A DNA stretch of 64,000 nt from positions 11,160,001-11,224,000 of the forward strand of contig OU015567.1 in NCBI GenBank assembly GCA_907165135.1, written 5' to 3'. The DNA is from Oikopleura dioica. Taxonomy: Eukaryota > Animalia > Chordata. The notes beneath the pieces were generated by a model. It was given only the letters and a program-made list of their open reading frames with translations, did not search any database and had not been told where the DNA came from. Made by a program: the position numbers and the translations under genes. This document shows, piece by piece, positions 15,057-27,950 of this stretch. Numbering within the stretch: position 1 is the first letter of the stretch; each line of letters opens with the position of its first letter.

Positions 15057-17546
15057 TTACGATGTTATGTCCGTATCAGTCTCTTCATAGTCGGAAAATT
15101 TGGGACTTCCTTGGGCCCAGTAAACTCCCTCGTGCGAGTGCTTATCAAACAGTAATTTTTGACTAATACCAGTCTTTTTTCGACAAATAGACTTGAATCT
15201 TTTTAGCTTATGAGTTTCGTTGAAAACTTGTATAGTTTCTACACCATCAGGGCTTTTGAGGGTAAACTGACATTGCCTGTTTCTCCCCATATTCATTGTT
15301 TATCTACCCTCCTTGATCTATGGCTAGGTTTTCTGGAATTTCTCTTAGAAAGATTCTTCATATTTGATCAAATAAAATAAGGACATTTAGAAAAAGTGCA
15401 AGAATTAAATGCGGTTTAACAAAAAAGGCTCACTCCTTCGCTGTCTCAAACGAGTATTTTCAATATTCACGAGGACTTGATATTAGACGAGGGCCTTTGA
15501 CGTGAGGACAACGAAGCTTTTTTCCAAACACTACTTCTTCTCCTTTGAGGAACGACGCGTTTAGGTGAGTTCTGGAAGTTGGATGGCGTGACGCCAAAGA
15601 AGGACTTCTGGCTCGGGCTTTCCGATCTGGAGCGGACGTTTGCTGCCTGTAGCCGGTTTCAAGTTTGGTGTATATTCATGTCGTTATTAAAAATTCAAAG
15701 CAACCTTGCTTTATTGTTAGGCAAAGTAATCGAGGCACAAGAATAATGAATCTTTTTCTAAAGAATTTCATTTTTTAAAGACCTTCGAATCCAAGGATTC
15801 GATCTCTTGATGTCATTAACAATCAATAAATCGTAGTCAAATTTTGCAAAAAAATCCTAATAAACAAATAGATATTAACTAAAATAACCAAAAAGATTAG
15901 AATGAACCTTCAAAGAAGTGTTATTGCTGGAAGTTCCAGCCTGGAACCATGTCTGAGTTTGCTTTTTGCGAATAAGATTTGCATGTTCATTCTGCAGAGA
16001 GCATGAATCTTTGATAAGATCAACACTCGCTAACGTCATTTAAAAGGAGAGCTTTACTGTGTCAACCTTTACTGAGTGATTCTCTGGACTCTTGCTTCTT
16101 TCTCGTTGTTGATTTTTCCGTGCTTTTCTGGAGAAATCAGTTTTTAGGACTGGAATCATTTTCTCTGTTTTGAATTTTTATCGCTTCATTTTCTGTTTTT
16201 TTATTTTACATTTTGTAATCTTTCTTCTTTTCTTTGTTTAAGATTGACTCAAAATGGGAGTACCTTGGCCTATCGGTGGTCTATCTGAAGTGGCCTGGTC
16301 TAGAAAGCAATATAGTTGTTGTTCTTTCGCAACAAACCCAGGTAATAAAGAAAGTGATCTTACGGAGCTATCAAGTTCTTCATGGCAAGCTAAATCAACA
16401 ACGGGCCCTCGGTCATAAATCCTAAAGATCACATAAAACTTGAAAATGATCCGTTATATGTCTCTCTTTCAATTTCTACTTCCAAGCCCGAAAAATGCTA
16501 TTCGAAAAAGCCTCTTCTTTCAGTGCTAATTCAAGACAATAGTGACTCTACTAGTCAAAGCCTTTCAGATCCTCCGTCAATCCTTGTCATAAAAATCCAT
16601 CTCTTGAAAATAATAGAACATTTGGGAAAAATAAAGCTGAACCACTGAAGGCTTAAAACTTTATGTCCTTTGGTCAGAAAGTAATTTATTCAGGTATTCA
16701 GCCGCTGACTGACTTGGATTCTCGATTTTTTTCCATAAATAACTAATGACATGTTACCATGGTAGTAACTACTTTCTCTTCTCATACGTTGCGTGGCTCG
16801 GGGAGATTATGTTTTGAATTTAAAATGACCAACCAGTAGTCATGAGATTGGATGAACTCTGTGAAGCAAAATAACCCTTTTCTCTCGAGAAAGTTCAGAT
16901 TCTCTTTTGAACTGGTAATTTATATTCATGAATGTCTGTTGATTTAGTCTGTAGACTTACTCTCTACTGTCGTTCCACTCAATCGTATCCCAAAAGGGCT
17001 TTGAAGTTGATGTTGCGAGAGACGGCCGCTCTGCCTTAGATACAGTTATATTCTGCGTTATTTCATTGGAAAGATCAATTAAATTAAATTTAGTAAAAAA
17101 TACTTTACTACTAATCGGAGTTATCATTCGTCATGAGTGTCACCATGGGGTTTCGGACCCAATGCTTTCCTACATCATAAATCAGTTAAAATGATCACCT
17201 TTTTGAAAAACAAGTTATCCTAATGTATTCGCGCAAAGGTACTCTTTGACGTTAATTTTCTTACTTTAGCTGTCTTATTTTTCTGCATTATTTCTCTTTC
17301 AAATAAATCTAAGAGCATAAAGAAGGATGAGGTGCTAAAACTTGACATTTTCACGTCACCGTCAAATACCACGTCAAATGCATTTTTAATTCGAATATAA
17401 ATAATTCCAGTTTCATAAACATTATCGTCATACAGACTTGGTAAATCCCCATTCCATTTTACCTGTTTATATAAAACCTCCAGGTCGATTTTCGACATTC
17501 GTATTTTTCTCTGCTTTTGGCTCAGCAAAAAGGGGATCAAATCCAA
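15057..17546 (-). CDS. Probable multi-exon gene or genes of unknown function, possibly partly degenerate
   Basis: Several open segments with AG/GT boundaries (17220-17546, ~16950-17045, ~16835-16905, ~16265-16420, ~15430-15650, 15057-15296). I could not join them into one stop-free frame, and no domain is recognisable. Confidence 0.35.
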
Positions 17547-18399
17547 TGGGGCGATAAACCCACTTATCCCTCTCCTCGATTTTGGGACTAGACTTTCACT
17601 TCACTGAGATTCTCTTATCGCTGGACAAACTTGTATTGATTGGAGAACTCGTCGACTTGCACGGCGAGAATCGCATTAAATTAGCGGAAAATAAAACACA
17701 ATTACCACCGTTGGGAAAAATTAGATATCTTCAAACTCAAGTGTTTTTTGAGTCCTAAATGCCCTTTGGAAACAATTCAGCGGATCGACGAGCGGGTCAA
17801 TAAATAGTTTTTCATTTTTAAACGTTTCGAACTCATACTGCACCAAACAACTCATCTCAAAGGATAATTCAATTGGCTGCATCATTAAAATTGCATCAAC
17901 TTTATATTCTATTTTTCGACGTTTTAAACTTTAAACTTACTTAAATCTGCCTGAATCGCTTTTTATTGCCACTTTCGGGGTCAATTTTTTCGTGTGAAGT
18001 CTCATTCTACCTCGATTATCTATTACTTCGCATTATTTTTCAAAAATATGACCAACTGGGGTCTCATTAAACATTCTTTTATCGCGCTTTCTTTTTTCGC
18101 TAATTTGCAGTTTTTCGCCATAGAAACATGAAAACAATTACGGGAAACAGAACTAAGAAACAATACTTGAAAATTGTCAACAGCCGACTCGGTTTTCTTC
18201 TTTTCATTTTATGCAATAATCATCTGCAAGTTACTACTAGATTAACGTTAGTGCAAGTCCTTATCATTAAATCCCTAAAGAGCGATAAGCTTTTGATGAA
18301 CGAATAAAACGCAAGAATTTAGCGAAGGTCAGCAGCGAAATCCCCCGCGGCGAGGTGCTTGCGTACACCCGGCGCCCACTCCATTATTTCTCCATATTT

Positions 18400-20073
18400 A
18401 TGGTGTCAAGAGCAAAAAGCGAAAGAGATAGAAAAGAAATGCTGCGGAATTTGCGATCGTACCTCTTGGTCGCTCTTCTGATAGCGCTGTACGCGCTCAG
18501 CAAATTTACGAAGATCACAGATGGACTGGAAAAATACTACGAAATGGCCGAGGAGGCGGAAAAAGTAATGAAGCCTTGAGTTAGAGAAATTCTTATTCGC
18601 GCTTTTTGGACACAGTTAACTTGAAAATTTAGAACGCAAATAAAGCAGAATATATCCCTGAACCCAATCATCCCAAATCAAGTCATCACGGAGGATCCCA
18701 CAAGCACGGATCTTCCAGTAGCCCTGGAGTGGCAGATCCGTACGACTTTTCAAAAAGCAAATGGCTCCCGTCAAAGACAAACTGTGCTGCTCCTCCAACG
18801 GGGATGATCTTTTTGAAAAAGCACAAAACGGCTTCTACAACTTTTAGACACATGTTGACAAAATATGCGCGATTCAAGTAATTTTCTTCCTCCACGCTTT
18901 TTATTAATTTGGTTTATAGAGGTCTTCCATCAGTGGGAGAGCCGCAGTTAATCGGCCCGCAAGGAGGGTGCTACCCAGCCCGTTTTGACGAACGATGCTG
19001 GCCAGCAACCGGGCACATGTCTCCAATCGTTGCCTTGACCTACCATTTTCGCTGGAACATGGACCTCTTTGAGGAAAAATTTCTAACATCCGGAGTTGCC
19101 TCAGTAACAACCATTCGCGATCCAGAAACCACCTTCAGAAGTGTTTATAACTACTACTACTTGAATCACGCTGGAAAAGGTTAATTTATCGTCCTTCTAA
19201 AAAAAATAAACATTTAGTTTAGTTTCAAAATGCGACATGCCCTGTTGGGGCGAGCCCTTCCGATCGTTCAATAATGGCCGCGAGGACCTTCCAGTCGGCG
19301 AATTTCTCGACAATCTCCCAAAGCTTTTCAATGCCTCCGAAACACGGAATTTCAGAAGCAAGAACTATCAGGCTTTTGAAATGGGAATGGATCACTTGAA
19401 CGATAACACAGCCTATATTTTGAGAAATCTGAAGCGCCTTGATCAGCATAACTTTGATTTCGGTAAGCCAATCTTTTAACAAAGCATATATCAAGCTGTT
19501 TTTAGTCGTACTCACGGAATACTACTACGAAAGCTTAGTATTGCTTGCCAAGCTCTTTTGCCTCCCTTACGAGGTTCTGTACGAGCCGCAGTTGAACAAG
19601 CGCGAGTACGAAATTGAGCCCTTGACTCCTACTCAGAAGAAGAACTTCGAAACTTACTTCAAAGCTGATATCATGCTCTACGACTATTTCAACAAATCGC
19701 TTCATCATAAAATTGAAGATTATGGCCGAGAAAAATTTCATCAAGAAGTTGAGAAGCTCAAGGTAAGCAAATCGTAAAAGAACACGAAAATTAATCATTT
19801 CAGGCTGTTTATGAAAAATGTGAGGAAGATGTCAAACACTGCTTATGGAAGAAAGCACCAAGGATGAACCCTGAAGATCTCAAGATCACTGCAGTACCAG
19901 GCGAAAAAATGAAGGTGCAGGACTTCATCGACCTCATGGACGAAAACTTCGGATGGTGCTCGAACCCATTTAATCCATACACTCAGCTAAAACTTTGGCA
20001 AAAAACGGGAAAGATGACGTACGGGGACGAGTGCAATTACAAACAAGACATTTTGAATAACTTCGAATTGTGA
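18400..20073 (+). CDS. Galactose-3-O-sulfotransferase family (GAL3ST-like) type II membrane enzyme
   Basis: N-terminal TM segment (YLLVALLIALYALS), 5'-PSB motif IFLKKHKTASTTF, 3'-PB motif TTIRDPETTFRSVYNY, FRSKNYQAFEMG and LVVLTEYYYESLVLL..LYDYFNKSL. The exons are separated by ~40 nt introns. Confidence 0.9.
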
Positions 20074-20308
20074 AACTTGTACATTTTTAGGCCATACACT
20101 TTTGTACTATGCTAATTATTGAAACTGCCGAACTTCATTTTATATATCGTTATCTTAATAAATATTTACAAATTATTATGTTTTTTTGATATCTTTGTCA
20201 TAAACAGAATTAAGCATTACTTAGATTTGTTTCTGTTAGAGAAATAAATTATATATTTTTTATGGAATGTTTTACCTGATACTTTTGATTGTTTGAATTG
20301 ACTACAAA

Positions 20309-21088
20309 ATGTTGAGAACTTGTTCCGAGTGAAAATTTTCCCAGGAATCATCTTATTTTCCCGCTATCATAGCAACAAACGATACCGGAAGTTGACCTTT
20401 CTGTCGTTATTGTTGGCACTCGTCTCAGTAATCGCGCACATTTTTCAAATATTTGTGCGTTTTTATAAGCACTTCAGCAGATTTTCACAAAAAAGCTTCT
20501 TTTCAAACTTCGATTTCTGGATTCTATTCAATCAAATCCGCACTTTGAGCGTTTTCAAGAGGAGAAATAGAGCACTGAAGTTTGTTCAAAAAGGGAAGGG
20601 ATTCTACCAGCGAAGTTTCTAGAACAAATCTTTGACGGGTAAAATGTTGACTTTGAAAAATCAGTTTTACGATACACCAGCTGCAGGATGGCTAAGGGTC
20701 CTTAATTTTTATCATAAAATAAATTCTATAATAAATAAAATTTGCCGTCCTAATTTCTATGCGTTAATTAAGGAAAAATCAGAAGATGATGTGAGGCATT
20801 CTTCTTCACTAGAACTAGTGAATGAAGGTCGGGATTGATGCTTGAGCAAATAGACAAGTAGCAAATCTCACACAAATATTCGTAATTTTACATCCGTTTA
20901 CGATCGCATGATAAATTCTCCTCTTCGAAAGACCATCTTGTGCAAATAGTTTTTAATTCATTATTTTCGAATCCCTGACATCAGAGACCGAAGAAGAGTC
21001 GAATATCGAGAATCCGTCCACTGCGCTGGAATCGTCGCAAATCGAGTTGGACTTGGAAAATCTTGAGAGTCAAGAAAGGAATGGTTAG
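20309..21088 (+). CDS. Possible small multi-exon orphan gene with an acidic C-terminus
   Basis: Short open segments bounded by AG/GT, ending SLTSETEEESNIENPSTALESSQIELDLENLESQERNG*. Phases are not fully resolved. Confidence 0.25.
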
Positions 21089-21140
21089 AAAGATAGATTA
21101 TATTTATTGATGATTTTTTGTGAACAGAGGGGAGAATTAT

Positions 21141-22053
21141 TTATGCACAGTTCATCTTTTTAAGCTTGTTAACGAAGAAACTGTGCTTCATTCTTGCAAC
21201 TAGTTTTTCCATTTTAGCTGGAGCAAGTTTCGGCTGTCTTTTCGGATCCCAACTGTCCATGCAGACAAAAGAGTTTTGGTAGGAAGAAAGGGAGTTGAAA
21301 AAGGTTTCCAATCTGTGACATTCGTCTGAGGACGCAGTGTCAGGAGGGGTGAAGTCTTCTTCGTTGCCAGTGCCGGCCCAGTTGGTACAGCTGGATGCAG
21401 CACGAGATCGGAGAGTGAAGAATCGCATGAACGCTTCCTGCAGCTTGTTTGCCTATAAAACAGGTCACTCAGGAGTTTAGATACTTTTTTAATTGTCAAA
21501 CCTTGTTGCCTCGTTTAATCAGAGAGAGCTGATGATGACCATCAAAGACATCGCTTTTAATCAGTTTGAAGGCATCCTCGATTTCGGTCCATGCAGATTC
21601 GTATCGGGGCGTAGCCAAAGCTTCAAAAGAAGCTCCAAAGCCTCCGCCAACGACTTGATTTTCATCGGACTTGAAGACGACGGTGAGCTTGTTGTAAGTG
21701 GACACAACTGGAGCTTTGTTGCCAGTCCCACAATACGTAGCAGCAAGCTTTCCTCCATCGAGTCCATCGTAGACTAAGGCGACATCGTGAGAGCATTTGC
21801 CATCGATGGATTCGTCTTCAAGAAAAAAATTGGAAAAGGAAACCTGGATTTTGTATCCTGTTGGAGCCGAAACGGAAACTCGTAGATACTGATCTTTCTC
21901 GTATTTTCCGTCGACTTTTGGGACCTCCCAGTTCCAGGTCAAGGTGTTCTCTGAAAGCTCTTTGCTAAAGGTGTTCGATGGATCCTCTAGCCAAACTTTC
22001 TCGTCGACCTCATTCGCATAAGCTAAAGCGGCAAAAGCGTAAGGAAGCTTCAT
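21141..22053 (-). CDS. Secreted CUB-domain protein with a C-terminal helical Cys-containing domain (oikosin-like candidate)
   Basis: Signal peptide MKLPYAFAALAYA. CUB motifs APTGYKIQVSFSNFFLE..C.HDVALVYDG..YCG..KLTVVFKSD..GGGFGASF. One 49 nt GT-AG intron (21453-21501), then an in-frame exon to the stop at 21141. Confidence 0.85.
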
Positions 22054-22955
22054 TCTCTTTGTCTTCTCTTTTTATAGAAATATGAGATTATGGCTTATCA
22101 TACAAAGTGCTCCTTTTTATAGCGGATTCTAGTGGTGGTGCGGTAGTTAATTTTCTGCATCGGCCATAAACACCACCGCTTACTTCTAGCGGATCCGGAG
22201 ATTTATTTGATGCTAGGAATAACACACGGCTTTGAACATGGTTAGAGAAAACTGTTCATTCAAAAACCCTTAGCTATGGCTTGGTTTGTTGACTTATGTT
22301 TTGTGATGTTCAGATCTTAGCGGATTTGACCCTCAAACTTTGATGGAGCTTTAATGGTTCCGGATAAGTAAAAGTTTTAAGCACAGCATATATTTTTTTT
22401 ATGAAAATATAATAAAAGAGCTAAAAATCTTGCAAAGAAAACTCAAGGCCACATTTTTGAAAATCAACCTCATTCATTTCTCTCCCGTTATTACCGATTT
22501 ATGGCTGAAATTATGCTATGTTTAAATTTTTACCCCAGAATCTTAGCTTTTAGTTTTCGGAATTTATACGCAGAGCATACTAGGTATGTTTGGTCTTAAC
22601 TTCGGAATGTTGACTAACACCAATGGTGTCCTTAAATATCCTTATTCCTTATCATCATTATCGTCCTTTTCGATTTACTTGAACGTATTTACAAAATATG
22701 ACCAACACGAGAATTTTTCGTCCGAACAAGACCTTTTGTTATTTTAAACAATTAAATTAATTGCTGGAACAAGCCGTTTATCTCTCAATATTATGGTAAG
22801 TTTTGAATGAATACAATTTTCTGCTCTCAGAGCACTTGATCTAGTTTTCAAACTCTCTTTCGAAGATGCTTGTTTTCATAAAAATAGCCCCGTTAAATTA
22901 AATTCGAAATAATTGCCTTCGCATTTGAATGATGTTTTCTAACCACGTTTAAAGC

Positions 22956-25900
22956 TTGGTAGTGGCACGAAGTCCGGAGAATACTTCGCCTACTGCTGCG
23001 CCTAGTACTGCAGGTAGCGACTGTGGATCAAACAGCGATAGCAAAAGCGAAAACGACGACTTTTCGGAAGAAGACGGCGACGATTTCACGTTCAAGCCGA
23101 GACAAGTCAAAAAGGTGAACTTCGCTGAGCGAAGAGTTTCTATCGATTCCGGAGCTGGTTCTCGAGTTTCTGTTCTTTCATACGACGAGGATGAACTCAA
23201 GGATGACATTGCTCCATTAGGCCAAAGGTAATCGGCAAAAAACTCGTTAAAATACGAAATAACTTTAAGACATGTGAGGAATCGCCGAAACACGCTATTT
23301 CCCATCAACAATTTCAAACCGTTGGTCCAGCCTGCTGAATCTCCGTCAGATCGGGAAGACGAAAGAAGTCCATCTCCACAAACTCTTGATAACATCCCCC
23401 TCAGATCAAGAAGACCATCCGTATCAGAAACAGGGGCGTTTTCTCCCCGAAGAACATCTCTTCTTCCCGGTCAAGAAGGAGGATTACTCGGCGGCCCGAA
23501 TCTTCAACGAAGAGGAACAATTGTCCAAGAAGGCGGTCTTCTAGGAGTCAATCAAAGAAGAAGGCCAACCCTTGTTCAAGATGATCTGATGCAAGGAAAT
23601 CTTAATCAAAGAAGAGGAACAATTCTTCACGAGGGCGGCATGGATATGCCAAGTATTTTCATGGAGCGTCGCGGAACCATTTTAGAAACGGGCAATAATC
23701 TTCCTATGCGAACCTCTTTACGACGCGAAACAACTTGCGACGGGAAAATCGATCGAAGTGTATCCACAGTTGGGGATATGGGAAGTTTGATGACGCTTTT
23801 CGGAAAACGTTCGAATGGATCTATTCGAAACAGCAGAAAGTCGTCGAAAAAATCTATCATTCCCAGATTCGTGGACAATGACCCAACGAAGCTCTCTGAC
23901 AACTGCATTTTCGAAATCAATCCGCCAGATGTTGCTTTTCTGATCGAGAAAATAAGCGAAAATAAAGAAACTCTCGCGGAAGACGAAGATGAAAAGGCGG
24001 ATTTCGACACTTTGACTCGCTTGGTGAAGGAGATTCTGGACGAGACGATGCAAGAGCGCGAGGTTTTCGAAGAAGAATTCATCAAATATCATGTCGCAAA
24101 GAAACGTCTCGTCGAGTTCCCCAAAAATTTCAGGACTGAGGTCAATCGACAGGCGGAGACAGCGCGAGAACAGAACTTCAATATTATCAGAAATCTGAGA
24201 AAGCAGCGAAAGAATATTGAGCATGATCTCGAACAATTCGAAAATGAGGGAAGAAGTCTTACCGCCGAGAATAAGGACGAGATCGATCATAAAGAACTCT
24301 CGGACAAGCTCATGGGCGAGTTGGTGAATGGACTCAACGAGCGAATGAGTCAAAAAGCACAGAACCAGATTCAATTAAACAAGACTCTCGAAGAAATCCA
24401 GAAGATCAACGTCGAAATAGATCTTCAACCTGGAAAGCTGGAAGATTTAGAAACCAATATCGGCGGGGAAATCACGGAGCTCAAGATGAAGACTGAAATT
24501 GCGCTCCATCACAGTCAAATAACTGCTGAAAGCAATGAAAAGATCAAAGACGAGCTTGTTGATATGAAAGCAGAGTCCGAAGACCTGAGACGTTGCACCA
24601 AAGAAAAAGAAACAGTTATCAGCAAGTTGAAAACCGTAGAATCGCGAGTCAAAAAAGTCTGCGCTGAAGCTGCTGCTCACGGACGGATTGTTGATGAAAA
24701 GGAAAGCATTCTCAACACGGCTCTAGCTCGTCATGAAAAAGCCCGACAATTGGACATTGACACAAAAGACCAGCAAGAGCAACTGAAAGTCGAGTGGAAA
24801 AATAAGGGCGAAGAGAAACGTGTTGAGTTAGCAGCAGTTAATGAAGAAGTCGAAGTCGCTAGAGCAAAATCAGAAGAGTTAGGAGAAGAAACTTCCGTTC
24901 TACAAGACGCTATAAGTGAAATTGAATCATGCAAAAAACTTGAAGGAAGCGAGCTCGAGCATATGTCAACTACAATTAACGAAGTGAACAAGAAAGTCCA
25001 CACGCTTTTGGAACAGAACGCTTCGTCCAATGATAAAATTGAAAAAATCAAAGATGACACCGAAGGTGAGCAAAAACGGCTAAATGAGGAACTCGAGAAG
25101 GCGGTGAACCTTGCTGTTGAAGCTAAAGCTGCCGCTGTAAAAACTGCTGCCACGTACAATGCGCTCAATGAAGAACTCAATGATTTGCGACGAAAACTTA
25201 CAAAATACAATCAAGAATCAAGTGACATCACCAAAGATCTGGAAGAAAAGCAAGCAAAAATAAGCAACTCTCTTTCAAGCTCGAAATGGCAGCTTGAGCA
25301 AGCGAAAACGAACTTGTCCGAAAGCCGCCAAACGCTCGCGATGAATATCAAGAACTTCAATGATTCAGAAAAGCAGCTAAAGGAGGACATCGAAAGATGG
25401 TGCAAGAACTTGGCAGATATGATCGAGAAAATAAAGGGCTTGCGTGAAACTTTGGCAGAGCGCACGCCACCTTATGAGCAGTGGAAAATTGATCATAATG
25501 ATAATGAGGTAATTTGAAAAAGAAATCATGGAAGACACAGCATTCTTATTAACACACATTCTAGGAAGCTGCTCAGCACTGTACAGATCAACTCAAGCAA
25601 GCTCAAAACAAAGAAAAACAAGAAATTGCTCGAATCAAGAATAGAGAGAAAAATGTTCAAGATGTCATTGCTGCTTTCAAATCTAAAAAAGCAGAAAAAG
25701 CGCAAGTCAGACGAGAAACAATTGCGAAAATGGCTGATTTATCTGCGAAGATCACTTTTCTTGACAAGGTAATTTTTTATTATTTTAGAACCCATTTAGC
25801 TAATTAAATTTAGACAAACTATGAGCTGTTGGTAGAAAAGGAGCAATATGAAGAAGAAAACAACCGAATAAAAGTCATTCGTGATCGCATGCGAAATCAT

Positions 25901-26380
25901 ATTGAAGAAATGAGAAAAGCAGACAGACAAACTGGCGTCAGAATCATTCAAATCCATTATGAAATTGAAAACATGAGGAAAAACCTTCAAGATTATCGGT
26001 AAATAAGAACAACTTAGCTTACGCTTACTTTCTTTAGTGTGTCCTGGGAAATCTTTTCAAAGAAATCCGCTGCTGAAGGTGCTCGAATTCTAGCATCATT
26101 AGAAACATTCGAAAAAGAAACAAACGATCGTACTGCTGTCCTGAATCTTGTCCATAAGCACATGACGACGATCGAAGAGAGTCTTGATATCGAAAATCCG
26201 ATTGTGGATCTATCCGACTGTCAGCCTAAAATCAAGAAGAAAACACTCACAGAAGCGGAAAAACGAAAGTTACGAAAAGTAGCGATGGCAAAAATCGAAG
26301 ATGCCGCCATGCAAAACATTCATAAACTTCGAAAAACTAATACTGCTCCGAAACGAGGAGTTAAACTTGTGCCACTGTAG
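22956..26380 (+). CDS. Large coiled-coil protein, CCDC175-like; start codon uncertain
   Basis: A 747-aa ORF plus further exons (~25565-25768, ~25821-25999, 26038-26380). The segment FPKNFRTEVNRQAETAREQN..LNERMSQKAQNQIQLNKT resembles the CCDC175 N-terminal region as I recall it. The rest is heptad-rich. Confidence 0.75.
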
Positions 26381-26448
26381 CTGTTTTCCTTGTCCTGCCG
26401 AACTTGATATTTTTGATAAATATAATCGCATTTAATTTTTCTAAAGCT

Positions 26449-27528
26449 TTATTCGTCTTCATTTTCTAAGCAGGCGTAGTACTTATCCTCTGCAGGTGCA
26501 ATAAACATCTTCGTTTTATCTAGACGATTGAAAGATCTTTTTGGGTGCAACCAGAATGCCCCCTTTCCGCTTTTAGGCTTCCACAGTCCATTGAGGTTTA
26601 CGCTGGTACAGTCGTTAAACCACCAGCCTGATTTCTGGGAGAGCGCGCAGTTGGTTGAGGATTTATCATTGTCGCGGTCGGGAGCGGAAAATTTGGCGCC
26701 AAGAAGATCGTTTTTACGTTTGTTCTTGCCCTAGCAAATAGAAATTTCTTAAACGAATGACATGATTAGGGAACATACGTTTCCTCCTCGAAAGGCGTTA
26801 GGTAGTTTTGTCATATAATTATTCCAGCCTTCTAAAAGTAAAGATTAACGCCACTTCTTCCTTAATTTTAGTTCGTTTTAGACATACCAATTCTAAGTAT
26901 CTTGTAATCGCTTTTTGAGTTGTCAAACTGGAATTTGTCGTAGCAAACGTATTCGTGTGGATTTGGCCCTTTCTGAATGAAGGCGCAGATTTTCGATCCT
27001 TTTGTGTTGTGGCTTCTTTGAATCCAGTACATGTATTCCAACCCGAGCCAATATTCATCTTTGCTAACAAATTTTCATAAAATATCAATTTTGATAAAAT
27101 CTTGATACCAGTTCTTTTCTTCTGATCCGGGCTGGGCCTTCAAGCATCCGAACCCCCTTCTGTATTCTTCGTACTTTCTGTTAAAATTTTCCTCTCCGTT
27201 GTAGCGATTTTGAATTACTGTCCATCCTTGCTGTGTGTCAAAGATGCACTATCTTCGGGATAATCAAATTTAGCGAAAATGAAACAGATTTCCGGACTCC
27301 TAGATATCATTTGATATTCCGTCTCTCGACTTTTCTCTTGGGAAGCCAATGTCTGGGTTTTATATTATAAAATCCATTGTCTGCTGTCTCACACTTCGCC
27401 GCATGCTTTAGGAATATATCATGGCATGTTCGAGGAATCTCTAAAAAATCAAGTGATGCAAATTCTATCAGGGAATATCGTCAAGTACCGTCGGCAAAAG
27501 AAGTAGTCAGGAAAATGGCGAGTTTCAT
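26449..27528 (-). CDS. Secreted fibrinogen-related domain (FReD) protein; not visible in the ORF track because of its many small introns
   Basis: Signal peptide MKLAIFLTTSFA, then IPRTCHDIF, DNGFYNIKP, GWTVIQNRYNGEENFNRKYEEYRRGFG, EYWLGLEYM, FSAPDRDND..NCA..SGWWFNDCTSVNLNG and FWL, ending in TAA at 26449-26451. Confidence 0.9.
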
Positions 27529-27950
27529 CCTTTCTCTCCTTCCTAAAGCTAGCCCATCAACATGAGCGGTCTGAGACATTCCAGACATATTTTTGATTTC
27601 CAAGATCAATGTTAAACAAATACAAAATTGTAGACGCCAATAAAAAGTAGAATTGATTTCACTGGAAATCCTAACAACCCACTTCCTTCTGGTAACTCTG
27701 GTTCAATAACAACTGAGAATATCTCAAATCTGAATTGACGATTTCTGTGTCCGATATTCTAAGCAGTACCGAAATAACAAAAAACCTGGTTCAAAGATAG
27801 AGCGAAACAGCCGCAATCAGATTATTTTTCCGCTCTAAAAGCAGCCCTTGATACCCAATCTTATCAAAATAATGAACCTGCATCGGTCGCTTACGAACCG
27901 TAAACAACTTCGTATTTAACCCGCCTCGCGAAAAACAGGATCAGTCAGAA

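Noticed and set aside
16246-16261. ACTCCCATTTTGAGTC (minus strand) resembles the 5' part of the O. dioica spliced leader as I recall it
   Set aside because: The match is short and gapped, lies inside an apparent small intron, and has no SL donor/Sm site or retrocopy hallmarks. It is likely chance.
22949-25559. Antisense ORFs over the coiled-coil gene, and similar ones over RSPH, FH1, gag-pol and H3
   Set aside because: These are shadow frames of real coding sequence with biased codon use.
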